Shown piece after piece: positions 52,964-64,000 of a stretch of 64,000 nucleotides of DNA. The position numbers and the translations under genes were made by a program. Source of the stretch: Blasia pusilla. Taxonomy: Eukaryota. Under the pieces are notes generated by a model. It was not told the DNA's origin. It did not search any database and worked only from the letters and a program-made list of their open reading frames with translations. The stretch spans positions 14,074,001-14,138,000 of the forward strand of contig CM114271.1 in the NCBI GenBank assembly GCA_050084515.1. Direction: 5' to 3'. How positions within the stretch are numbered: the first letter of the stretch is position 1; every line of letters starts with the position of its first letter.

Positions 52964-55937
52964 TTCCTTTCGTTCTCTACCTCCACACGTCCAATTCGTT
53001 TGAATTTCTTTGCGAGAGCTTCGATGAGGCCTTTCGCTTGACGGGAATCCTACCAAACCCTCGATGACTGGCCATCGATTTAACCGATCCCATATCGTGA
53101 GGTGAGGCGACCAAAGTCAATCGCGACCCTCGCAGCGTTTCTTCACTTCTGACCACAGCCTCAGATGAGACTCCTTCGTCCCCCTACTGGGAGTCTCATG
53201 CTGCACTCCAGTTACTCGAGAGTAGTGGGTAATACACATCGCGTGCCTAGGCATCATCTACACCACTATCATTCTAGATTCCCTCTGCTTCAAATGGCAT
53301 TGGTGGCTAAAGAAAATTTACTTAATTCTTCGGGAGATAATAGAAGATATTTCAAAGACAGGCGACACAAACTTTTCAACGCTTCTGGAAGATTGGGCCC
53401 ACCTCTTTAAGAGTTCCATCCAGGCTTTTATTTTCATCAAATATATTTACTCCCTCTATTACGGGTCTCTTTTTGGGCTCTCTTGAGTCTCTTCTTGTCG
53501 TCCCACCTCCCAACATGCCATTTTAATTGTACACCTTCGATGTGGAAATACCCTTCCCCTATTCTTTTTCCAACATCACACATATCCTCTTTTAGGAGGG
53601 GCCCAAACTTTTCAGACGCACAGGAGAATATTTCTTATGAAAAACAAACTGTGTGTCCCTTCTTTGGAGGCTCCGTAGATCGAACTGTGATGAAGATCAA
53701 ACAGTTCAGCTTTCTATTCTCCTATGTTTATTTTATGCATTTATTATTATTTTTTCCTCTTTTGAGATTTTTTTATAATAAAGTGAATAACGATACATTT
53801 TCGGATGTTTTGTAAAATTTCTTAAAGAAAGAATTATATCATTAGATTCCTGATACCTAATAGCTGAAAAAAACACACCCTTGCATTAAGTGGATCTAGT
53901 AGCCGTAAGAAAAACGCCTTTGCATTCCATGGAGAGCCGCGGCCTTTTTTTTTTTTCCTTCTTTTCGAGCTAAGGGGGGCCAAAATTAACATCTTTAATA
54001 AATATTTTACCGGAAGTGCGAGAAGTCGTGCATGCCCGTAAACCGGTTACGTCAATCTTAGCCTTGTAGGATTCTGAGTATTTATTTCTCTGCACCAGTC
54101 ACGAATCTCAAATAATGTATTCCGAAAAGAACTTCAGACTAATTCAACTGATCTATGCCAAAACGTCCATTAGTAGTATTTGTGTACTCGTGTTATGAGC
54201 ATTTCAATTTTCTTTCAGAGAGTTTTACTTTTACTTAACCATGTCTTAGAATTTATTCAAAAGCAAAGAAGACGCATGCGTCATCATCAAAGACTCTTTC
54301 TTCTCCCAAGGAGAAAAGAGAAATGAGTGCCATGTGGGATGACCGGGTTGGGTCAAAGTCAAACGCAGCTAAAGAGGGGAAGAGGTTGGAATTGATGAAA
54401 ACAACACAACGATTCAATGATTATTAGCCTCGTAGGAAATTAAATGTAAGAAAAATTCACAATAGATTGACAAGCTACACTATAAACTTTTTAATTCCGA
54501 GAAGAAAAGTAACTTGAGAAAATTTGTGGTGTAGCTTCTAACCACTTCTAATCAACCATTTCTTCACCACCAACTTTTAGTAAGATTATATTACTAATAT
54601 TAATTATGTGTATAATATGTATTTTTTATAAATTAATCCCAATCTCAATAAGCAATAAATTAAATGAAACCCGTCAAAGTTGCAATGGTTGTTCTTTTAT
54701 CGTGAATCTATATTCAGATAAAGTATTTTTATATTATTTTTTAAATCCAACTTATAATTACACTTCCCAACCCAAGGTAAAGAAATATTTGAAATATGGT
54801 TCCATCCCAATTAACAACTATAAATCCACCCAAATGCAAAATTTTAAATTATGTTTTTAAAAGGTTTAAATTGAAGACTAAGTTAAACAAAGGACTTCAC
54901 GTACCATATAATCCTCTTGATATTATTAATAGGAGGTGTCTAAGATGCTTGCATAAATTAACCACAAATTAACTGATCAAACTAATCACGTGAATGAATC
55001 AAACTTCTAACACATTAGAATGTGCAAGCAACGTTTCTTCATCCACTAATAGCTTTGCACTACGGTTTAACGATGTATAGATTGGCTTACAAGCCATTAT
55101 ACTATACTTTGAAATCAAATGAAGAGCAAAAACATGGAATTCGACCATTTGGGTGATTTGGAATTTAAAAAAAGATTATCAATTTTCAAACGTCAAGAAA
55201 TTTTTACTCTCTCTTAAAAGACTAGAAATAAAAAAAACATTTCAAAAAATCAACACGGTAGAATTTTTTACGCCCACATTAGTCATATTCTAATAAAAAT
55301 ACAAGTTGATCATGGAGAATGTGATTGGGCATAGGACCTTTTCTCAAAAATCTTATTTTGGATGAGAAAACTCAAATCATAAAAATGCATAATCCTAAAT
55401 TTAGTTTCTACTTTCAAACTCATAAAACCTCCCAATTCAAGTCAATCTTTTCTTGATGTCATGTGTAAGATTGCACACGGACAAAGTACCTAGGACGGAT
55501 AAGAGGATATGTTTGTAGCATGCACTCAAACCCTCTTCGCTCCTAACGTAAATACCGTTTCTTTTCAAATGAAGCTCCAAGAGAAGATATCACATTGTGT
55601 GACCCTAATGCTACACAATTCAATGGCGTTTCTCAATTAGGCTTCACCTCTACTATTTTCTCTTTGTATTTCAACATTGTGATCATTGCATCAATAGCCA
55701 TCACGTTTTTATCATTAAGTAACAAAAGTATAAATTAATTGATTAATCTTCAAACGAGCCATTCACTTTTGGAAGAGAAATTAAATGTTTTCATGCGTAT
55801 GGTTTCCAAGTTGGCATGAGATGGGAAAGAAACTACACCGAGTGTCTTGATTGATGAAGCACTTTTAAAGTGATTTCTAAGATTTATGACAAATTTTCAC
55901 AAATCTTAGACTCCAAAGATTAAGTTAAAGTACTTTG

Positions 55938-56003
55938 TAGATTTATTTAATTGGGCTCCTTAATAGATTTATTTAATTTAATTCCTTATAGATTTATTTA
56001 ATT
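55938..56003. repeat. Three short-spaced copies of TAGATTTATTTAATT
   Basis: Seen directly; period about 25-26 bp. Confidence 0.8.
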
Positions 56004-56449
56004 TTGATTTAATCATTGAGCTCTCTCCTCTTAATCATTCTCCCCTTTTTTATAACACTTGCTTATGAAAAACCGTCATATTCTAAGTGTTTCTTTCACA
56101 TGTCATTGATTCCATACAGAAGAAAATGCATTTGGAAATAGATTATTAAAGGTACAAGGGGCCAACAAATAGCCTAAAAAAGGGAAGACAAAATTTTAGC
56201 TGAACGAATGCAATGAGGATATGACATAGACTATTATAGATGAAATGATAACAATGGATAGTGGTGGTTGGATCCATTTGTTGGGTTCTGGTTAAAAATG
56301 TTAAGAAAGTGATTCTTTAGTGATTTCCTATCTATAGATGGATCTTCGCAAACCTTGAGGAGACACCTATTGCGAACCCTCTCATGTCAAGCCCATGCCC
56401 TTCCTATCCCGCCCAAAAAATCTTATTGTTTATTTTTTTTATGTTCTGA

Positions 56450-56739
56450 AAAAAGAAGGGTTTGGCCCGTGTCGGGCGAGTGCAAGTTGTGCGGACCGTA
56501 TATATGCAGGCCGCAAAGTGGACCAGATGCAGGCCGCGAAGCAGACCAGATGCAGGCTGCAAAGCGGGCAGGATGCAAGCATTGAAGTGGACCAGGGTTG
56601 CGGGAAGGATGCGGGACAAGAACGGGTGCGGGCAAGATGGACCCACGTGTGAGATGGGGCGGTCGAGCCCGCACAGACATGTCTGTCCCTAAGACAAACA
56701 TAAGTCCACAAACACAGACTTCATCCGCGTGCAACCCTA
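56450..56739. mobile_element. GC-rich hAT-like MITE fragment with 4 x 23-bp tandem repeat (56504-56595)
   Basis: Ends ...CATCCGCGTGCAACCCTA, like the TGCAACCTTG TIR of 58037-58355. Repeat unit ATGCAGGCCGCAAAGTGGACCAG. Left boundary uncertain. Confidence 0.6.
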
Positions 56740-58036
56740 CTACTAAGTCTTATGATAGAGTGAGGTTTGCTGTTGCATTATGTCAAGGTGCTTATATTAT
56801 CTACTTCTTGGTTCTGTTCTATATTTTGAGCTCAGGAACCATCAAGGCCATGCTTAGTGTATAAACCTTTCACTTGACTTGCCTTGGTTGATCTTCATGG
56901 TTATTCATTCATAAGCAAGGAGAGAAGACTCAATAAAAATCCTATTGCGTTAGAGAAGATGATGGAACTTTTAGTTTTTTATTCATCTTGCAAGTATGAG
57001 TATAGTAGAAATAAATAATGCTTGTTTCTTCATTGTTGTGGATATATGAATTATCTTGCATTGAATATTTGATTCAAAAATTTCTCTTTCATGTATAGTT
57101 GAGGCAATGTCTTTCACTTATCGTTGAGGCAATAGTGGACATAGAGAGTACACCAAAGATCAAGAACAAGGAGAAGGCAACTAGTGAGATGACCATAAAT
57201 GTTGGTGGTGATTTAGAGGATGAAATGAAAAGACTCAACATAAAGAAGAATATTAAGAGTAAATTCCTCACAATTCTAACTTGCATTTTTGTTGTCCTTG
57301 TTCTCACATTTTTAATTCCTTGGTATTAGTTGTAAGAGTGTGAAATTTTTATTTAATATAATATACAACCAGGTGGGGATTGTCAAGTTTTTGCAAAATT
57401 TACCATTAGGTGGATAAACCTTCATAAAGGTAATGAATGAGAGTCTTTCAATTTCTGCATTATCATTATGATGTTTGGTTTAGATCTAAAATTTTCATGT
57501 GAATCGGCATCTTCACGACTACATTTGACGCAACCAAAGCTCAGTCAAAATATCCTTGGATCAAGCGTAATTTCAAGTTTGAGAGGTCAAGAGATGTTCT
57601 ATGGGAAAGAGATTGCTCTTGGTATATATGGTGAAGTGGACTTAAGGGATAATACCTAGCCTAAGTATCATTTGTAGGAGCCAAATACAATAGATGATCT
57701 CAAGTTAAACACACTACCATCTTAGTAATTCCCAAAATTATGAGAGTCAAATATTTCAATTAATTATTCATCACTTACAACTACTATCCAACTACCCTAG
57801 TCATAAATATGAATCTATAACTACAAGAGTCAATGTATATGACTCCCACATTTATACTTGTAACTCATATATGACAACTAGAGTCACATCTTTGACTACA
57901 AGAGTTATATACATATGACTACCCAATATTATAATTATGCCACATTAGCTAGGAACACTTGTCAAAAGGAGCACATTATGAGGAATTTATTGTCATTTAT
58001 CGCTTTTGGAATACCTCTCTTGCTAGGGTTTGGTAG

Positions 58037-58355
58037 CATGGTTGCACAAAAACGGACAAGTCCGTCCTTAGGATGAACATGGACGTACAAGTCTGGACAT
58101 GGGTTCCAAGAGGTGGGACCCACAATTTATAGTCCATCATGAAAGGCAAGGCAAGGATGAGTGGAGCAATGAGGGAGGAGGGAATGGAGGTGGAGGGAGG
58201 AAGAAACGGGGGAGTATGGAACACGAAGGCAAGTAAGGGGAAGGAGAAAGAAGGGAAAGGTGCGGCCCATATGGACAAGTCCTTCCATAGGACGGACATA
58301 AGTCCACGGACATGGAATTGTCCACGGATACGGACTTTGTCCACATGCAACCTTG
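58037..58355. mobile_element. hAT-superfamily MITE
   Basis: Imperfect TIRs CATGGTTGCA / TGCAACCTTG and a perfect 8-bp TSD TTTGGTAG (58029-58036, 58356-58363). Confidence 0.9.
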
Positions 58356-58398
58356 TTTGGTAGGAAGTAGTGTGTTAGAGTCTGGATTCCCTCATAGC

Positions 58399-59805
58399 CA
58401 AGGTTGCACACAAATAATATCCATGTGGATACGGGTATCCATGGCCTGCACTAGAGCTCGACCACCCACAACGTACATATGGGCTTCGCTGCGGCACCTA
58501 GTCTAAGACCCCATCACCCCTTTTGTAGCCCCCATTGGTCGGCCCTAAGCCTGCATTGGCTCGCAGTAGGCCTAGAGAGGGCAGACTGAGGCCTCCATAG
58601 GTAAGCTCGGGCCGTAGCCTTCCCTACGCAGGTCGGTGGGGGCTACGTGCAAGCCAATTCTTGGGCGCTTTCCTTTATCTAAGCCGCACCCATTCGTGCG
58701 TATGTCATGGAGGTATAGAAATACCCAAGTAGGGGACTTGTTGGGCATGTCCAGACTTGTCCTAGTGTTTCTCTTTGCATGCAACCACGAGGGTAGATCA
58801 TGATTGTATGAAAACGGATAAGTCCACGGACAGGCCCTAAGCTTGAATGGAAACAGACATGCCCAACATGTCTCCTGCTTGCATCCGAGCTTTCCCTTGA
58901 GCTTGCCAAGCCCGTGAAGTAGACTAGGGCTTGGCCAACCCACACCTATCTTCTAGTTCGCATCAAGCCCACGCACGGCTCGTTGTAGGCCCACAAGGCG
59001 GGCTACAAAATGGATGCGGGCTAGCCAAGCTTGGATCTACGTTACGAGCTCAATGTCACATCTTTTAAGATAGACCGATGAGATCTAGTAGAGCGCCTTC
59101 ATGAGTAGTGGAAGACAGGCTCAATAGGTCGAGGATAGCCTACTGAGGCTCGGGAAACGTGAGAGAGCAGATTTCCCCTTCCTTTCGCCTCATTTGGAGC
59201 CATATTGAGGAACTTACTATTTTAGGTAAGTACCATTTTGAGTATATGATCAACTTTCTATTTTTGGTAAGTGGCCATTGACCTCCTACAGCAGGTCAAG
59301 AGTCAAGGGGGTGACTTGGGAGTATAGGTTATCATGGAGAGAGCTTAGGAGAGGGGAGGGGTATACCTCAAGGAGAGAGAGTTTGGGAACTCATTCTCTC
59401 TTTGTTGAACCTCTTGGTATGAGGCGGCAGAGCTATGGTCTTGCTTGATTTGTGTGTGTACCCCAAACCTCTCATTAGGAGAGCAGGTTTGGTTTGACAT
59501 TGAGAGAGATATGTGAGAGTGGACACATGTGAAAACTATGGTGTTGTGAGAGAGATTGGATCTTATTTTATTGGAAATATTTTGGTACTTCTTGTCTCGT
59601 TGTTTGGATGCCGTGAGTTAGCCTGGGATCGTCCGTGTTTATGTGTGTGTTTGGTGACAACAATATATGTTGAGTAGCGATGTGTATGCGCACGACATCA
59701 AGAGCAGGCTCAGGCCTCGGGTACCTGCGCCCACATAATCATGTCCGTCCTAGGGATAGATATAAGTCTGCAGACATGGACTTTATTCGTGCATGAACAA
59801 CCTCG
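58399..59805. mobile_element. Larger related hAT-like non-autonomous element hosting a nested solo LTR
   Basis: Starts CAAGGTTGCAC. 59740-59805 resembles the right end of the 58037 and 56739 elements. No TSD found. Confidence 0.5.
59054..59697 (+). mobile_element. Gypsy solo LTR
   Basis: TGTCAC...CACGACA termini and a 4-bp TSD TCAA (59050-59053, 59698-59701). Homologous to 2810-3326 and to the terminus at 17393. Confidence 0.88.
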
Positions 59806-60580
59806 AGATAGATGTGGCTCAATACGCCGATGTAGATTCAAGAATGGAAGAGAGTGTTCAATTTCCATCGCAAAGCACGAACGAGGAACAAATGAGAGTC
59901 GAGTGCTCTGGCTGTTTAGTACTCCCTAAACAGCCCTCTCAAGCGGGTACCTAAAACCTACCTTACCGCCGAAAGTCAAAAGCGTTCTCATATCCTCTAC
60001 GCGTGTGACTCCAATCCTTCCATTTGAATCGTGCAGACAGGTCAGTATAATTTGGAACGTTTCCTTAGGAATCGCCTTCTCGGGTCTAATCAATCGCTTG
60101 AGTTTACCAGTTTGGAAGTCTTGCTCCTCAGTCCTCTAGGATCAAGTGATCACGAGCATTAAAGAATTAACAATGGACTCGCACCGAATGCGTTATCACA
60201 GCTCTTGAATGAAATAGCTTAGATTCTGAAAATGGTCAGTACTTCTTCACTTTCAAGTTGTCCACCAGATTTATTGAGATTTTCAGAGTTGAGCACAGAA
60301 AGTCTGGTTTCATTCGCCCAACCATGGTCAGCTGTAGCATTTTTTCGAATCGAATTCCCGTGATTGAATTTCCTTCACTCGAGTGAACTACTTTCTCTAA
60401 TCCTACGACTCGTCCAGCATAGTGAGAGCATGTCATTAGATCATATCGATTCCAATAGTTGTAGTTTCTGCAACGAGGGATTCATAGTGCATTTGCATCG
60501 CACGGCTCAATTGACGGCTAGAAAACCAGTCAATCGAGCTTTGTCGATGATTCTGACTGCACGTGGCTGTGGGAAAGCAG

Positions 60581-61048
60581 AGATTACACCACCGCGTCGA
60601 TTGCGGTGGTGCAAGTAACTTTCATGATGTCGAAACTAATCTCACTTGGGAGACGGATGCGAAATATCTTCATTCGATGTATAACCTCTCTAAGGAAGGC
60701 ATCTCAGTCGTTGGAAGCGTGACTCTGGGTTCGGAAAACTGGGATAACCATAATCAGCTCCAGACAGCGAGGGTGTTCCTTCCCGTAGAAAATGCACGTC
60801 CTAAATACTGTTACAATTTCGAGGTCCAGCAGTTTTCCAACTTTTCCTTCAGCTATCTCGTCCGTGCAATGTTTCCTAGCAGCAATATTACGGTTTTCTT
60901 GGGACATCCTGATTTCGGCGATGGAGAAGTTGGTCCTCGTGTCCCGGAATCGGTAAATGCGAGCCGGTTTTACTTTACCATTGACTCTACTTTCATTGCA
61001 ACGGTTGAATTGGATCCGCTGAAGCCCACCACCCTGGAGGTCATTGTG
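60581..61048 (+). pseudogene. Truncated paralog of the malectin-like receptor kinase (first malectin exon), divergently oriented
   Basis: VDCG...TNLTWETD.KYL...[20 protein letters not shown]...[11 protein letters not shown]...[11 protein letters not shown]...TLEVIV closely parallels the exon at 51611-52302. Homology stops at EVIV. Confidence 0.88.
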
Positions 61049-64000
61049 AGTTCCGACAACATATTGAGTGAGAGCCACAAGCTCGATGAGAGCAATTACG
61101 GCACTTGGCGATACAAGATGAAGGCCATTCTGATGGCATCTGATCTTTACGATATAGTTGATGGCAGAGAAGAGAAGACCTCCAATATGGATGCTCGAGC
61201 CACGAAAGACTTCGAGAAGAGAGATCGAAAAGCCCTTGGAATTCTGATGATGTCAATGAGAGATTCTCAAATCCCTCATTTGAAACATACAGAGACCTCC
61301 AAGGAAGCTTGGACTACACTCGAAGCGGTTCATGCTAGCACAAGCATGACCAGAAAACTGGCATTGCAGAGGCGAATTTACTCAATGAAGATGAGCTCGA
61401 CCTCGACTATGTATTCACACCTCAACATTATGAAAGAGCTAAGAGATGATTTGGCAGAAGTTAAGGTCTTGATTGATGATGAAAACATGGCAGCCACTAT
61501 GATGAATAGTGTGGTCCAAGACTCCATAAACTCTCTAGCAGTGAGAGAGAAGACACCTACTTTTTCTGAACTATGCACACTCCTACTTGACAAAGAAAGG
61601 AGATGCAACGACCTTGCTGCCCAAGAAGGACAAGAGTCGGGACCTATCGCTCTATTCAGCCAGAAAATGGGAACATTCCCTCGTCAATATGAAGAAAGGC
61701 GATCACAAGAGCGCAACACATCCGGACCAAAGGCCCAAACCTTCCGCACCATCGAGAAAAAGTTCAATGGTAAGACCTATAGCACTACCAGCAAGAAGGA
61801 GTGCACAATATGCGGTAAGATTGGCCATGACTCCAATCAATGTTGGTACAGGAATGATCACCACAATCGATCAATGAGACCACAAGAAAAGCAACGAAGC
61901 TTCCTCGCCGAGAATGGGAGAACCAATCGAGCACTCACACCAGAAAGTGAAGATGATGCACGAGGACTTATCTCGACATTGGTTACCACAAACCAAGTGG
62001 ACAAGTGGTTCATTGATAGCGGCGCCAGCAACCACATGATCAAAAATAAAGGTTGGTTCACATCTTACAAACCTTTGATGAATGGACTTGAAGTATCAAT
62101 GGGAGACGGCTCCATTCACTCTGCGATTGGGGAAGGAGATGTGCAAGTGACATTGCCCTCGGGTGAAGATTATACAATCAAGGATGTGTGGCATATTCCA
62201 GCTTTAACACACAACCTTATCTCCATTGGCCAGATCACCGAAAGAGAGAAAATGAAGGTTGTTTTTGATTCCAAAGGATGCGAGTTCTTACGAGAGGCCG
62301 ACAATTCGGTCGCTGCCCAAGGAGTAAGGTATGGACGACTTTATAAACTTCTTAGCAAGCCGAGCCCTCAACTATTTTCAAGATCTTCAAACCAACTACA
62401 AGTTTGGCATGAAAGACTTGGGCACTTTAACACGAAGACCTCAAGTTGTTAAGCAAAGATAATATGGTTGGAGGGTTACCTTAATTAAGTGGAGAAATAT
62501 CCACTTGTGACACTTGCTTACGAGGCAAGCAATCAAGGCAAAAGTTTGACAAACATACCCTCTCAAGGGCTCCAACTCCCCTCCACCTAGTCCACATCGA
62601 CCTTGGAGGTCCAATTCAAACGGCTTCACTATCAGGGGCAAGGTACTACATGCTATTAGTTGATGACCATTCAAGATTTATGTGGGTTTATTTCCTACAA
62701 CACAAATCCAATGCATTAGGTATACTCAAGAAATTTCTTACATTGATAAGAACTCAATCTACTACAGCAGTGGGATCCTTGCATCTACACCTTGGTGAGC
62801 CGCCCTCAAAGGTGAAGATGATACGAATGGATAGGGGAGGTGAATTCATGGGGAAAGCATTTGAGACCTTTTGTTGCGATCATGGCATCCGTCATCAACT
62901 TACTACGGCCTACACCCCACAACAAAATGATATTGTTGAGAGGAGGTATCAAACTGTAGTTGAGATGGCAAGGTGCATGTTGAAGGGGCGAAATCTCCCC
63001 AACTATCTCTGGGCAGAGGCCATAAACACACCCATCTACATCCTCAACAAGTGCCCAACAAGGGCTTTGGAGGAGAAAATGCCTGAAGAAGTCTTCACTG
63101 GCATCAAACCAAATGTCTCACACCTTCGCATCTTTGGGTGTGGAGCTTATGCACATATACCAAAAGAATTGAGGAGAAAACTTGATGATAAAAGTGTGAG
63201 ATGTATATTTATTGGCTATGGCACTAGAGAGAAAGCTTACAAGCTCTTCTCCTTGGAGAACCACAAGGTGTTTATGAGCGTGACGTCATATTTGATGAAG
63301 ACACTCCCCACTCCGAAGAGCATCAATCAAACAATTGAGAGTGGCCTCAAACCTCCAAGAACGATGAGTCAAAAAATGAATCTGACAAGGATACACCATC
63401 CTCAGGGCCCACAACTCATGTAGATCGACCACCAACACTTGGTGAAAGAGGTCAAGGATTGGACGATATGGAGACCACACTAACGCTACCACCTCCACGA
63501 AGGTCAAGTCGACTACGCCAACTTCCTTCCAACTTACGAGAGGATTACATTTTACACATGGCTTTCTTTCTAAGTCATACACCATTTCAGAAAGCTCCCA
63601 TTGAGCCTCAATCTTTCCAAGAGGCATGCACTAATCCACATTGGCAACATGCAATGATCGAGGAGTACAATGCCATACTTGCAAACCGAACATGGGACCT
63701 GTTCCGTCTCCCATCAGGGAGGACTGCTATCCCTACAAAGTGGGTTTATAAGTGTAAGTATAACGCTGATGGATCGTTGTCTAGGTACAAGGCAAGGCTA
63801 GTAGCAAAAGGCTATCGACAACGCCAAGGCATTGATTATGATGAGACATATGCATCAGTTGCAAAAATGACCACGATTCGAGTGATCATATCTCTTGCAG
63901 TCATGTTTGATTGGCCCCTATTGCACATGGATGTTCAAAATGCCTTCTTAAATGGCACTTTGGAAGAAGAGGTATATCTACAACAACCTCAAGGCTTTAC
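61047..64000 (+). mobile_element. Ty1/Copia gag-pol (gag, CCHC, protease, integrase, start of RT), lacking 5' LTR/PBS, decayed, runs off the window end
   Basis: KLDESNYGTWRYKMKAIL, CTICGKIGHDSNQC, WFIDSGASNHM, WHERLGH, VDDHSRFMWVYF, MDRGGEF, RRKLDDKS, and from about 63640 WQHAMIEEYNAI...YKARLVAKGY...HMDVQNAFLNG. Frameshifts after about 62430 and about 63275. Confidence 0.95.

Noticed and set aside
56355-59040. Many short overlapping ORFs in GC-rich patches
   Set aside because: They fall inside MITE or repeat sequence, lack domains and reflect low stop-codon density.
60563-62452. 629-aa ORF as a normal single host gene
   Set aside because: It begins at a non-ATG codon in probable intron sequence and is a chimera of a malectin exon and Copia gag-pol; reported as a fusion instead.

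Overview
Eukaryotic nuclear DNA with intron-rich genes, most likely from a non-seed land plant such as a bryophyte (inferred from gene content and transposon types). Host genes: a single-exon PET117-like gene head-to-head with a multi-exon coiled-coil gene; RMC1/Mic1 preceded, 44 nt upstream on the same strand, by a spliced twin-CX9C (NDUFAF8-like) upstream ORF; an apparently intact malectin-like/LRR receptor kinase; and a divergently oriented, truncated paralog whose malectin exon is fused in frame to a Copia gag-pol. The rest is nested transposons: two Copia elements, two decayed Gypsy elements, solo LTRs, a near full-length CRE-clade (RT plus restriction-like endonuclease) non-LTR element with two extra 3'-end copies, and hAT-type MITEs. 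The most striking item is the Gypsy pol remnant at 3327-6328. It carries the C-terminal part of a C5 DNA-cytosine methyltransferase-like domain (motifs IX-X) in the same reading frame as reverse transcriptase, and a PHD finger after integrase, so it appears to be a retrotransposon encoding both a chromatin writer and a chromatin reader. All exon structures and homologies were read by eye; no searches were run.
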